Both the position numbers and the translations under genes were made by a program. From assembly GCA_965203055.1 (NCBI GenBank), contig OZ241863.1, forward strand, positions 4,224,001 through 4,288,000: 64,000 bases of DNA, in the 5' to 3' direction. Below are positions 45,609 through 55,447 of this stretch, piece after piece (position 1 is the first letter of the stretch; the number at the start of each line of letters is the position of its first letter). Under the pieces are notes generated by a model. The model saw nothing but the letters and a program-made list of their open reading frames with translations. It searched no databases and had not been told where the DNA came from. The DNA is from Spirochaetia bacterium (GTDB taxonomy: Bacteria; Spirochaetota; Spirochaetia; SZUA-6; Bin103).

Positions 45609-47843
45609 ATGAGCAACACGGACACCGCATACCGGGTATTGGGCACGCGTCCCGTGCGTCACGACGGCGTAGACAAGGTAACCGGCCGCGCCAACTACGG
45701 CGCCGACTTCAGCCTGCCGGGCATGCTGCACGGCAAGATCCTGCGCAGTCCGCATGCCCACGCCCGCATCCGCTCGATCGACGCCGGCGCCGCGCAGGCG
45801 CTGGACGGGGTGTTCGCGGTGGTGACGGGCGATGACTTTCCGGCCGGCGCCGGGAGTCCGGCCGAGGTGATCATGTGCCGCGGCCACGTACGCTATCAGG
45901 GCCACGCCGTGGCCGCGGTGGCGGCGGCCACCCCTGCCATCGCCGACCAGGCGCTCGATCTGATCAAGGTGGACTACGAAGTCCTGCCCCACGTCACCGA
46001 CGTCATGGAAGCGGCGCGCGGCACGGTGATCATCGATCCCGAGCTGCGCACCGACGGCGACGAGGCGGCGCCGCTCTCCAACATCTCCAACACCGACCTG
46101 TTCGACGCCGGCGACGTGGCGGGCGGGTTCCGGGCCGCGGACGTGATCATCGAGCAGGAGTTCGACAGCGCCACCATCCACCAGGGCTACATCGAGCCGC
46201 ACGCCTGCGTTGCCCGCCGCACCGAGGAGGGTCAGATCCTGCTGTGGGTCTCCAGCCAGGGCCACTTCGCCATCCGCGACCTGACCGCGGCGCAGCTCGG
46301 CATCGGTCCGTCGCAGATCAAGACGATTCCCGCCGAGATCGGCGGCGGCTTCGGCGGCAAGACCACGGTCTACCTGGAGCCGGTGGCGATCCGGCTGGCC
46401 GAGAAGTCGGGCCGGCCGGTGAAGATGGTGATGTCGCGCGCCGAGGTGTTCACCTCCAGCGGCCCCGCCCCCGGCAGCCACATCCGCCTCAAGATGGGCG
46501 CGACCCGGGAGGGTCGCATCACCGCGGTGGACGCCGATCTGTGGTACGAGTCAGGCAGCTTTCCCGGGCCGCTTATGGGACTGGGGATGATGTGCCTCAC
46601 CGCTCCCTACGAGATCGAGCACTACCGCATCAAGGGCTACAACGTGCTGGTCAACAAGCCCTTCATGCGTCCCTACCGCGCGCCGCTGGCGCCCAACGCC
46701 GCGCACGCCACCGAGACCGTGATCGACGAAATCTGCGAGCGGATCGGAATGGACCCGATCGAATTCCGCCTCAAGAACGCCGCCCGGAAGGGAACCAAGG
46801 CCGCCTACGGCCCGGTCTACCCCGAAATCGGGATGGTGGCGACGTTGGAGGCCGCCAAGGCGCACCCCCATTACCGCGCGCCGCTGGGCCCCAACCAGGG
46901 CCGCGGCGTGGCCTCCGGGTTCTGGATGAACATCGGCGGCGACGCCACCGCCAACATCTCGGTGCTGCCCGACGGGCAGGTGTCGCTGATCACCGGGCGG
47001 CCCGACATCGGCGGTTCCCGCGCCGCCCAGGCGATGGTGCTGGCCGAGGAGCTGGGCATCCCGGTGGACCAGGTCAACCCCTCGATCGGCGATTCCGACA
47101 GCGTCGGCATGAACGGCATCTCGGAGGGCAGCAGCACCGCCTACGCCAGCAGCATGGCGATCCACGAGGCCGCCGCCAAGCTGATCGACGAGCTGCGCGA
47201 CCGCGCCGCGCTGGAGTGGGAAGTCGACAAGGAGCAGGTCACCTGGCGGGAGGGCGCGGCCCACCTGAACGGCGCCGGCAACGGCGCCAGGGAGTCGCTG
47301 TCGCTGCGCGCGCTGGCGGAAAGCTCCTCGCAGACCGGCGGGCCGCTGGGCGCCGAGGCGGCGGTCAACGCGCGCTTCGCGGCGCCGGCGTTCGGCACCC
47401 ACATCTGCGACGTGGAGGTGGACCGGGAGACCGGCAAGGTGGACGTGGTCCGCTACACCGTGTGCCAGGACGCGGGGCGGGCGCTGCACAAGAGCTACGT
47501 GGAAGGGCAGCTCCAGGGCGGTGCCGCGCAGGGCATCGGCTGGGCGCTGAACGAGGGCTACTTCTACGACGAGCAGGGCGTGATGGACAACGCGGGGTTC
47601 CTCGACTACCGCATGCCGGTGGCCATCGACCTGCCGATGATCGAGCCGGTGGTGGTCGAAGTGCCCAACCCCAAGCATCCCTACGGCGTGCGCGGGGTCG
47701 GGGAAAACGCGATCGTGGCGCCGCTGGCGGCGGTGGCCAACGCCATCCACGCCGCCGCCGGGGTGCGCCTGCGGCAGGTGCCGATGTCCCCGCCGCGGGT
47801 GCTGGAGGCGATCCTCGCCCGGCAGCAGGCCAACGGCTCGTAA
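45609..47843 (+). CDS. Xanthine dehydrogenase family molybdopterin-binding large subunit
   Basis: KVTGRANY, LRSPHAHARI, GYIEPH, IGGGFGGK, GQLQGG, RGVGE. Confidence 0.93.
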   Translation: MSNTDTAYRVLGTRPVRHDGVDKVTGRANYGADFSLPGMLHGKILRSPHAHARIRSIDAGAAQALDGVFAVVTGDDFPAGAGSPAEVIMCRGHVRYQGHAVAAVAAATPAIADQALDLIKVDYEVLPHVTDVMEAARGTVIIDPELRTDGDEAAPLSNISNTDLFDAGDVAGGFRAADVIIEQEFDSATIHQGYIEPHACVARRTEEGQILLWVSSQGHFAIRDLTAAQLGIGPSQIKTIPAEIGGGFGGKTTVYLEPVAIRLAEKSGRPVKMVMSRAEVFTSSGPAPGSHIRLKMGATREGRITAVDADLWYESGSFPGPLMGLGMMCLTAPYEIEHYRIKGYNVLVNKPFMRPYRAPLAPNAAHATETVIDEICERIGMDPIEFRLKNAARKGTKAAYGPVYPEIGMVATLEAAKAHPHYRAPLGPNQGRGVASGFWMNIGGDATANISVLPDGQVSLITGRPDIGGSRAAQAMVLAEELGIPVDQVNPSIGDSDSVGMNGISEGSSTAYASSMAIHEAAAKLIDELRDRAALEWEVDKEQVTWREGAAHLNGAGNGARESLSLRALAESSSQTGGPLGAEAAVNARFAAPAFGTHICDVEVDRETGKVDVVRYTVCQDAGRALHKSYVEGQLQGGAAQGIGWALNEGYFYDEQGVMDNAGFLDYRMPVAIDLPMIEPVVVEVPNPKHPYGVRGVGENAIVAPLAAVANAIHAAAGVRLRQVPMSPPRVLEAILARQQANGS

Positions 47844-47847
47844 CCGC

Positions 47848-48741
47848 TTGCCGCGCGACACGCACGAGGCGCCGTTGGAACCGGGCGGCGCCGCCCGGCG
47901 GGGCGCGCGCGGCCGGCAGCGGGAGGGCGCTTCCTTCCCGGCGCCGCCGGCCAAGGTCCGACTGCCGGCGAGCTATGCCGCCGCCGTCAGCGAGATCAAG
48001 CGGCGCATCGGCACGCAGCGCCTGGGCGTGGTGCTGGCCGCAAACGAGGCGCTGGTGTTGTTGTACTGGGACGTTGGGCGGGCGATCCTGGAGCGGCAGC
48101 AGCGCTCGGGCTGGGGCGCCAGGATCATCGACCGCCTGTCCCACGACCTGCGCGCCGCCTTCCCGGAGATGCGCGGGCTGTCCGCCCGCAACCTGAAATA
48201 CATGCGCGCCTTCGCCGCCGCGTGGCCCGACCGCTCAATTGTGCAACAGGCTGCTGCACAAATTCCGTGGTCCCACAACGTGATCCTGCTGAACAAGCTC
48301 AAGGACGCCCGCACCCGTCTCTGGTACGCCCGCAAGGCGCGCGAGCAGGGCTGGAGCCGCAACGTGCTGGCCATGCAAATCGACGCGAGACTGCACGAGC
48401 GGGAGGGCATGGCGGTCACCAACTTCGCCGCCACCCTGCCGCCGGGCGACTCCGACCTGGCGGCGCAGGTGTTCAAGGACCCGTACCTGTTCGACTTCCT
48501 GGGCACCGCCGCCCCGCGCACCGAGCGGGAGATCGAACAGGCCCTGGTCGATCACCTGCAGTCGTTCCTGTTGGAACTGGGCGCGGGATTCGCGTTCGTC
48601 GGCCGCCAGGTCCTGCTGGAGGTGGGAGACCGCGACTACTACGCGGGAGACGCGCCTGGTGGACTCGCTGCCGCAGGAGCTGCGGGGCAGCCTGCCGACC
48701 ATCGAAGAGATCGAAGCGGAGCTGAACGGCCCGGAACATGA
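47848..48741 (+). pseudogene. DUF1016/YhcG nuclease with internal deletion
   Basis: LYWDVG, SARNLKYM, KDPYLFDFL, LLELGAGFAFVGRQ, then at ~48645 jumps to out-of-frame C-terminus LPQELRGSLPTIEEIEAEL. Confidence 0.85.
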
Positions 48742-48784
48742 ATGATGCGGCCTGGGATGTCTGCACTCCCGATCGACAAAGGCC

Positions 48785-49110
48785 GCATGTTCCTCCCAAG
48801 CTAGCCTACGAGCAAGACTCTATTGAGCTGCTAAAGGTGTATTTGGCGTTCGCAGAAGAATTCGAAATCCGCCCACCATACTACGTGTTTCTGTCATTCC
48901 TTGGGGTCAGAGGATGCGAATTTGGCGTTAAGAAAGCCCTCTAAACATGCTCATATCCTAGAGGAAGATATGCTGATTCTTCCGGAAGTCGTTATTCAGG
49001 ACCGCGATGAACAGCCACACCAAGCCCTGAGGAAGGCATTTTGACATGGTATGGAACTCTTTTGGGTTCATAGGATCACGGAACTACGACGATAGCGGAA
49101 CTGGAAGTCT
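48785..49110 (+). pseudogene. Relic of C-terminal part of an AlbA/Schlafen-type protein
   Basis: PPYYVFLSFLGVRG, LILPEVVI, FDMVWNSFGFIGSRNYD across shifted frames; family call from memory. Confidence 0.5.
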
Positions 49111-49312
49111 GGCTAGCACGAGAGAGCTATGGCCGCGGCACCCGTCCACCACCGAGATTAGCGACCACTCATTCACCGCCGAGCAGACGGTGGATCGTCC
49201 ATCCATGGCTCCGGGGCGCATTTCCAAAATGTAGGTTAAGTTAAGCGTCAGGCCGCTTGGTGGCCAAGCCCAAATTCCTAGTGTGAAGATGACGTTTCTC
49301 GGCGATCTTGAA

Positions 49313-50698
49313 TCACCGGTCTACGCGTTCGGCAACGGGGCTGAACGGAACCGGCGCCTGGCGATCCTCGCCGGGGCGGCCGAATCCGGCGCCGACATGG
49401 CGGTAGCGGTGATGGGCGGCGCACAGCAGCCTGAGATTGTTCGGCTCGGCGGCGCCGCCGCAGGCATACGGCACGACGTGATCGATCTGCAGCAGGTGTT
49501 GGGAGCCGCAGCGGCGCCCGCTGGTGCGGTCCACGTAGCGGCAGCGGCCCCGGTCGCGCCGCCAGACCTCGCGCTTGACCGCCGCCGGGATGGCGCGGCC
49601 GGTCACGCCGGTCTTCGCTGCCGAAGTCCGAGTCCGCGGCGGCGCAGCCGGCTGCGCGCACGCCGTCGCAGCCTGCCGGCCGAGGCGCCGCGTCTTCGGC
49701 GCCGAAGTTGCGTCGCACGCCGGCTTCGCTGCCGAAGTGTCCGGGCGGTCAGCGGCTTCGTCTCCCGGCTGCGCCGCCGCCTGAGCCGATACTTTCGCCG
49801 CCGAAGGAGCGGCGCTGTCCGCGCTGGCCTCCTGCTTCGCTGCCGAGGCAGCGAAGCGAGCCGAGGCCGGCTGCGTCTTCGGCGCCGAAGTTTGCTCGGC
49901 GCCTTTGGCCGGCGCGGCGCGCCGCCCGCTCGGCGGACGGGCCGGGTCGTGGCGGTCGAGCCCTTCCCGCACCAGCCGCGCCATGAGCTGCCCCAACGTC
50001 AGGTGCGGGTCGACGTGGGACAGGAGGCCCTTGAGCCGCTCCAAGCCGCGCCGGCACTCATCGTCGATCACCGCCTTGAGTTCCCAGCGCCCGCCGCCCA
50101 GGGGCCGCACCCGATCCGCCGGCGCCGCCAGCTCCGGGTCCACCTCGGCCAGCATCTGCATCACCTCCCGGCTGCTCTTGCCGGACGCCTGCTCCACCAA
50201 CTCCCGCCGCGCCTCCGAGTCCAGCACCGGCGCGGCCGCCGGCTTCCGCTCCGCCGGCCGCAGCGGCGCGGCGCCCTCCTGCGACTGAGCGGCAGCCCCG
50301 AACCCGGTCCCGCCCGGCGCGCTACGCGCCGCGCGCTCCTTCTTGCGCTCCTGCCGGTCGAACGCGTGCTGCAACTGCGCCGCCGCGTTCAGCGTCATCG
50401 AGCCATTCTGCAGGCGCTCGCGGACGCCGTCGACGTCCGCGCAGAGCCGCATCGCCTTGATGCGCCGCCACGCTGCGGCGTCGCTGTAACCCAGTTCGCG
50501 CACCGCGTAATCGAACAGACTCGAGAACCCGCGGCGCAAGTATAGGCGGCGCTTCTGGATCTCGCGCAGGTGGTCGATCACGACCACTTCGAGATGGTGT
50601 TCGATGCCGGAAAGTTCCTTGGTCCGCTCCAGCAGATGGTCGTCTGAGAGGGCGGATACGGTAGTGGTGACGGCCTCGTCGGAAGCATGTTGGTTCAT
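49313..50698 (-). CDS. HNH endonuclease with DUF222-like N-terminal region
   Basis: LSDDHLL, GFSSLFDY, LGYS..AAWRRI; RAIPAAVKREVWRRDRGRC, IDHVVP..GG..NNLRLLCAAHH. Confidence 0.92.
   Translation of the reverse strand: MNQHASDEAVTTTVSALSDDHLLERTKELSGIEHHLEVVVIDHLREIQKRRLYLRRGFSSLFDYAVRELGYSDAAAWRRIKAMRLCADVDGVRERLQNGSMTLNAAAQLQHAFDRQERKKERAARSAPGGTGFGAAAQSQEGAAPLRPAERKPAAAPVLDSEARRELVEQASGKSSREVMQMLAEVDPELAAPADRVRPLGGGRWELKAVIDDECRRGLERLKGLLSHVDPHLTLGQLMARLVREGLDRHDPARPPSGRRAAPAKGAEQTSAPKTQPASARFAASAAKQEASADSAAPSAAKVSAQAAAQPGDEAADRPDTSAAKPACDATSAPKTRRLGRQAATACAQPAAPPRTRTSAAKTGVTGRAIPAAVKREVWRRDRGRCRYVDRTSGRRCGSQHLLQIDHVVPYACGGAAEPNNLRLLCAAHHRYRHVGAGFGRPGEDRQAPVPFSPVAERVDR
49613..49890. repeat. 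Six dispersed 14-bp palindromes CTTCG-N4-CGAAG in HNH linker
   Basis: Starts 49613, 49694, 49724, 49793, 49835, 49877; each encodes xSA(A/P)K. Confidence 0.85.
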
Positions 50699-50704
50699 GA
50701 CATA

Positions 50705-50733
50705 AGTATAATCATGGAAACTACTTGAGTCAA
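50705..50733 (-). promoter_or_regulatory. Near-consensus sigma70 promoter giving a leaderless HNH mRNA
   Basis: TTGACT-N17-TATACT-N6-ATG, no SD. Confidence 0.75.
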
Positions 50734-50808
50734 TTTTTCGGGCCGGAATATGCCACCTGCCGGCGTGACTCGGCGGCGCATTTCCAAGCGGTTTGACCAA
50801 TGACTCCT

Positions 50809-50827
50809 TACTCTTATTTTAAGAGTA
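50809..50827. promoter_or_regulatory. Operator palindrome upstream of membrane protein-wHTH operon
   Basis: TACTCTTA-TTT-TAAGAGTA. Confidence 0.7.
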
Positions 50828-50860
50828 TACGGTATTCGAGAGCAATAGGAGGGTAGCGAG

Positions 50861-51433
50861 ATGACCAATACCGACAGTCTCCGGGAAGACATCGCGTACG
50901 TGCGGGCGGCGGCCGAACGGGCGGACACCGGCACCATCCCGTCAATCTGTCTGCTGTGGGCGGTGATCGGGCTCTGCGGGGGCGTACTGGCCGACTTCGC
51001 CGCCGACTCCCGCTGGGTGGGCCGGTTCTGGCTGGCGGCGGCGCCGGCCGGTACGTGCCTCTCCCTGTGGCTCGGCTTCCGCGCCGGCCGTCGGGACGGT
51101 CAAGCAAGTCGCCGCACCGGCGTGCGCTGGGGCCTGCACTGGTTGGCGTTCATGGCCGCCGGGGCGCTCGGCGCCGCCCTGGTGGCGGCGGGGCACCTGC
51201 AGTGGTCCGGGTTCGGCTCGCTCGTCGCGCTGTTCCTGGCCCTGAACTACGCCCACGCGGGCTTCTACCTGGACCGCCGGCTGCTGCCAGTCGCCGGCGT
51301 GCTCGGTACCTGCTATCTGGTGACGTTGTTCGTGCCGGGGTATCAGTGGACGCTGGCCGGCGTGCTCATGGCCGCGGCGCTCGTCTGGCAGGCGATCCTT
51401 GGTGCGCGCCAGCGCGATGCCCGCCGATCCTGA
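50861..51433 (+). CDS. Six-TM hypothetical membrane protein
   Basis: AGGAGG RBS; LREDIAYVR then about 6 hydrophobic segments. Confidence 0.85.
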   Translation: MTNTDSLREDIAYVRAAAERADTGTIPSICLLWAVIGLCGGVLADFAADSRWVGRFWLAAAPAGTCLSLWLGFRAGRRDGQASRRTGVRWGLHWLAFMAAGALGAALVAAGHLQWSGFGSLVALFLALNYAHAGFYLDRRLLPVAGVLGTCYLVTLFVPGYQWTLAGVLMAAALVWQAILGARQRDARRS

Positions 51434-51740
51434 CATTCCGGGACTGGAGGAGCTGGCGGCGCTGAACGGGCTCCTGCAACATCGGGTTCGATTGGCGATT
51501 TGCGTTCTGCTTTCGAAGCACGACGCGATGTCGTTCAGCCGTCTGAAGCAGGTCCTCGAAGAGAAGGACGGCAGCCTCGGTACGCACCTGCGCAAGCTGG
51601 AAGACGCCGGTTACCTGACGATTGACAAGACCTACCGCGACCGGCGGCCGGTGACTTGGTATCAGTTGACCGCCGCCGGCCAGCAGCGATTGGAGCGGCA
51701 CATCGAAAATCTGATGCGTCTGATCGGGCGCGCCCGGTAA
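51417..51740 (+). CDS. Winged-helix regulator (MarR/ArsR-like HTH_34)
   Basis: HRVRLAIC, SFSRLK, DGSLGTHLRKLEDAGY, TWYQLTAAG. Confidence 0.9.
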   Translation: MPADPDIPGLEELAALNGLLQHRVRLAICVLLSKHDAMSFSRLKQVLEEKDGSLGTHLRKLEDAGYLTIDKTYRDRRPVTWYQLTAAGQQRLERHIENLMRLIGRAR

Positions 51741-51763
51741 CGGCGGGAGGCTCCGAAGGCCGC

Positions 51764-53305
51764 TTACAGGTAGTTGAGGGTGGGGAGCTCGGCGGCGCGG
51801 CGGGGGTTGAACTTGCGGTCGCGGTTGACCGGGTTGTGGTAGCGCAGGACGCGCTGGGGGCCGGCGGCCTCCGGCAGGCGCAGCACGGTGGTCGGGCGGG
51901 TGGTGGTGACCAGCCAGTCGATCAACTCGGCGCGCAGCTCCTCCACCGCGGCGCGGTGCTGCGGCAGCAGGGCCAGGTTCTCCTGCTCCCACGGGTCGGC
52001 CTCCAGGTCGTACAGCTCGGCGAAGCCGCGCTCCTCCCACTCCGCGCCGAAGCGGGCGAACATGCCGGCCGGGTAGTGCACGTAGCGGTAGCGGCCCTTG
52101 CGCACGCTCTTGCTGAACGCGAACTCGGTCACCGCGACGCGGCGCACGGCGCCGCTCCCGCCGCGCAGCAGGTGGCCCAGGTCGTGGCCGTCGCCGGTCT
52201 CCATGGCGTCCACTCCGGCCAGGGCGCAGGCGGTGGCGGCGAAGTCGACGCTCTCCACCAGCTCGCCGGCCACGTGACCGGCGGGAAAGCGGCCCGGCCA
52301 GCGCCAGATGAACGGCACCCGGGTAATGGCGTCGGAGCAGATCCCCGGCGCCTTCTCCATGATCCCGAACTCGGCGGCGTAATCGCCGTGGTCGGACGAA
52401 TAGACCACGATGGTGTCGTCCGCCAACCCGGCGTCATCCAGGAACTGCAGAAACTCGCCCACCGCATGATCGACGTGGCTCACGTTGCCCAGGTAGCCGT
52501 GCAGCTTGCGCCGGCGCCCGGCGGCGAAGGTCCGCGGCTCGAACAACTGCCAGTCGCCGGTGCGCCAGCGCCGCACCGCGGCCTGGAAGTGCGGCGCCTT
52601 GCCGTGCAGGTCGTGGTCGGCGTTGGGCGGCAGGGTGAGGGCCTCCTGGTCATAGAGGTCCCAGAACCGCTGCGCCGGCGTGTAGCACTGGTGCGGCTTG
52701 GGGAAGTTGGCCTGCAGGAAGAACGGGCGCCCGGCGTCCGCGCAGCGGCGCATGAAGTCGATGCCGGCGCGCGTCAGGTAGCCTTCCTGTCCATCCTCGT
52801 AGCTCACCTTGCTCGGGCGCGCGTCGCAGGTCTGGCGGCCGGCGGCGCCGAACTCCCGCATCGCGCCGTGATCCTCCAGCTCGGTGAGGCCGCGTTCGGC
52901 CAGGTAGTCGGCGTACTCCGCCGAACGCCCGCCGATGCTGCTGCCGCAGGTCTCCAGGAAGTAGTCCACGTCATCCTCGACCCAGTACTCCGGGCAGTGG
53001 ATCTTGCCGACGGCGCCGGTGCGGTAGCCGTAGCGGCGCAGATGCCCGAACAGAGTGGGCAGGCCGCCGGGATTGGGACCGCTCAGGCCGTAGTAGCCGT
53101 GGTTGTGGCAGTACTGGCCCGACAGCCAGCAGGTGCGGCTCGGGGTGCAGATCGGGTTCTGGGTAATGGCGTTGTCGAACCGCACCCCCTGCGCGGCGAG
53201 GCGGTCCAGATGCGGCGTGCGCGCCTCGGGGTGGCCCTTGTGCCCCAGCGCCTTGGCGTGATGCTGGTCGGAGAACAGCAACAGAATGTTGGGACGGCTG
53301 CTCAT
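51764..53305 (-). CDS. Sulfatase (Cys-type)
   Basis: PNILLLFSDQH, CTPSR, VGKIH, SSDHGD. Confidence 0.95.
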   Translation of the reverse strand: MSSRPNILLLFSDQHHAKALGHKGHPEARTPHLDRLAAQGVRFDNAITQNPICTPSRTCWLSGQYCHNHGYYGLSGPNPGGLPTLFGHLRRYGYRTGAVGKIHCPEYWVEDDVDYFLETCGSSIGGRSAEYADYLAERGLTELEDHGAMREFGAAGRQTCDARPSKVSYEDGQEGYLTRAGIDFMRRCADAGRPFFLQANFPKPHQCYTPAQRFWDLYDQEALTLPPNADHDLHGKAPHFQAAVRRWRTGDWQLFEPRTFAAGRRRKLHGYLGNVSHVDHAVGEFLQFLDDAGLADDTIVVYSSDHGDYAAEFGIMEKAPGICSDAITRVPFIWRWPGRFPAGHVAGELVESVDFAATACALAGVDAMETGDGHDLGHLLRGGSGAVRRVAVTEFAFSKSVRKGRYRYVHYPAGMFARFGAEWEERGFAELYDLEADPWEQENLALLPQHRAAVEELRAELIDWLVTTTRPTTVLRLPEAAGPQRVLRYHNPVNRDRKFNPRRAAELPTLNYL

Positions 53306-53309
53306 CGCT

Positions 53310-54356
53310 TCAACCGTTGGGGTTGATATGTACCTTGATCGAGTGGGTGGACTTGTCAAGGGCGGCGCCGAACGCGTCGTGCACCGCGGCCAGCGGAAAG
53401 CGCTGCGTAATCAGCGAGCGGGCCGCGGCGGCCTGTTCGGCCACCATCTCCATGGCGATCTGATAGTCCGCGCGGCCGTTGCTCGCCGAGTAGGTCATGG
53501 AGCCGACGAGTTCCACTTCGCGCGCCGCCAGCCGCAGCGGATCGATGGCGACGGTGGGCACCGTGAACACCCCCAGCAGCAGCAGCCGGCCCTTGGGCCG
53601 CACCGCCAGTTGCGCCTGCAGCAGGGTGTCGCCGCGCCCGCCGACCGTCTCCACCGCCACGTCCACCACCCGCTGCGCGGCCAGCTCCTCCAGCCGCTCG
53701 CGGCCGGCGGGGTCGTCGGCCAGCACCTCATCGGCGCCAAGGCGGCGCGCCGCCTCCTGCTGGTGCGGATGGCGGGCGGTGATCAGCGTGTGGGCGCCGC
53801 CGGCCTTGGCGGCGATCAGCGCCGTGAGGCCGATGGTGCCGGCGCCGATGATGAGCACGGTCTCGCGGGCTCGCAGGTTGACCTTGGCGTAGCCGTGCAC
53901 CGAACAGGCCAGCGGCTCGGCCAGGGCGATTACCTCGCCGTCGGCGCCGGCGGGCGCCCGGTAGGCGGTGCGCGCCGGAACCGTCATCAACTCGCTCATG
54001 CCGCCGCCCGCGTTCTCCCCGACCAGGCCGCGTTCGGTGCAGACGTGGTAGTTGCCGGTCAGGCAGAAGCCGCAGGAGCCGCAGCTCAGCAGCGGTTCGA
54101 TGCCGACCAGGTCGCCCTCGCGCACGTGGCGCACCCCGGCGCCGGCCGCGGCCACGGTGCCGGCCACTTCGTGACCGGGGGCGATTCCCGGCATCGCCTC
54201 GAACTCGCCGCGGTAGAAGTGCAGGTCGGAGCCGCAGATCCCGGCGCTGGCGACCGCGACCTGAACCTCACCGGGCCCCGGGTCGCTCGCCTCCGTCTCC
54301 ACCAGAGCCAGCTTGCGCTGCTCGGTCCAGCGCACCGACTTCATCAGGCGCGCCAT
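53310..54356 (-). CDS. Zn-dependent alcohol/polyol dehydrogenase
   Basis: GICGSDLH, GHE, CGSCGFC, GAGTIG. Confidence 0.93.
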   Translation of the reverse strand: MARLMKSVRWTEQRKLALVETEASDPGPGEVQVAVASAGICGSDLHFYRGEFEAMPGIAPGHEVAGTVAAAGAGVRHVREGDLVGIEPLLSCGSCGFCLTGNYHVCTERGLVGENAGGGMSELMTVPARTAYRAPAGADGEVIALAEPLACSVHGYAKVNLRARETVLIIGAGTIGLTALIAAKAGGAHTLITARHPHQQEAARRLGADEVLADDPAGRERLEELAAQRVVDVAVETVGGRGDTLLQAQLAVRPKGRLLLLGVFTVPTVAIDPLRLAAREVELVGSMTYSASNGRADYQIAMEMVAEQAAAARSLITQRFPLAAVHDAFGAALDKSTHSIKVHINPNG

Positions 54357-54357
54357 T

Positions 54358-55356
54358 TCAGATGCCCACCACCATCGGGTAGTCCTCGTAGGTGGGACAC
54401 TTCTCGGCGGCGAAGATGCGATCGATTTCGGCCCGCTCCCCGGCGCTCAACTGCCACTCGGCGGCGGCCACGTTCTCGGCCAGCTCGCGGGCAGTGCGCA
54501 TGCCCACCAGCGCCACCGACACCGCCGGATGGCCCAGCACCCAGGCGATGGCCAACTGCGGCAGCGACCGCCCGGCGCGCGCCGCCAGGTCCGCCAGGCG
54601 CCGGCCGACGCGCAACGCGCGGTCGAAGTCGGCGGGGCGAAACAGCGGCAGCCAGAACGCGTTGTGGTGGCGCCGCCAGTCGCCTTCCTCGAAGGTGTGG
54701 CCGGGCCGGAAGGCCCCGGTCAGCAGGCCGAACGCCAGCGTGCCGTAGGCCATGAAGCCGATGCCGTGCTCGCGGCAATAGGGCAGGATCGCCTTCTGCA
54801 TGCGCCGGTCGAACAGATGGTAGCCGACCTGATTCACCGCCAGGTCGGTGTAGCGGCGGCAGTAGTCCATCATCTCCACGTTGAAGTTGGACACGCCGCC
54901 GTAGCGGATCTTGCCGTCCGCCTTCAGCTTCTCGAACGCCCGCATCGGTTCGTCGAGCGGAGTGCCGTAATCGGGCCAGTGGATCAGCATCAGATCGATC
55001 ACCTCGGTGCCGAGCCGGCGCAGGCAGCCCTCGGTGCGCTCGATGATGTACTCGTAGCGCGAACAACGGCCCAGGATGCGGCGCTCCGCGTCGTCGAAGG
55101 TGAAGCCGGTCTTGGTGACCAGGATCACCTCCTTGCGCCGCTCGCCGAGCGCCTTGCCGAGGATCTCTTCCGAGTAGAAGGGGCCGTAGACCTCCGCGGT
55201 ATCGAACAGGTTGATGCCATGGTCGATCGCCGAGCGCACCGCGCGCGACGCTTCGGCCACGTCGATCGAGCCGTACATGGTGGTGCTCATCTCCCAGGTG
55301 CCGAAGCCGATCGGGGAGGTCATGAGGTCGGTGTTGCCGAGGCGCCGTCGTGTCAT
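54358..55356 (-). CDS. Aldo/keto reductase
   Basis: IGFGTW, FDTAEVYG, TKTG, IHWPD, GVSNF. Confidence 0.95.
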   Translation of the reverse strand: MTRRRLGNTDLMTSPIGFGTWEMSTTMYGSIDVAEASRAVRSAIDHGINLFDTAEVYGPFYSEEILGKALGERRKEVILVTKTGFTFDDAERRILGRCSRYEYIIERTEGCLRRLGTEVIDLMLIHWPDYGTPLDEPMRAFEKLKADGKIRYGGVSNFNVEMMDYCRRYTDLAVNQVGYHLFDRRMQKAILPYCREHGIGFMAYGTLAFGLLTGAFRPGHTFEEGDWRRHHNAFWLPLFRPADFDRALRVGRRLADLAARAGRSLPQLAIAWVLGHPAVSVALVGMRTARELAENVAAAEWQLSAGERAEIDRIFAAEKCPTYEDYPMVVGI

Positions 55357-55447
55357 AGCCGCCCCACCTTACCGGCATCGCCGCCAAGCGGAAAGCCGGG
55401 GTGAAGTGAGTGAGCAAGGACGTGAGCGGACGGCATCTTCCGGCAGG

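Larger units (their letters stand above)
49215..50787 (-). mobile_element. Candidate HNH-only element bounded by 13-bp direct repeats
   Basis: GGCGCATTTCCAA at 49215-49227 and 50775-50787 flank HNH gene plus promoter. Confidence 0.4.

Noticed and set aside
45609..47843. Aerobic CO dehydrogenase CoxL
   Set aside because: Lacks the AYRCSFR and AYRGAGR motifs and coxM/coxS neighbours
49150..49255. attC-like end GTTAAGTTAAGCGTCAGG after the AlbA relic
   Set aside because: No matching RYYYAAC left box or long-range pairing found
49613..49890. Canonical CRISPR in the HNH gene
   Set aside because: Repeat is only 14 bp, spacing is irregular and it lies in frame within a CDS; kept as a separate finding
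49313..50698. IscB/Cas9-like RNA-guided nuclease
   Set aside because: No PLMP or RuvC motifs, and the leaderless promoter leaves no room for an upstream omega RNA
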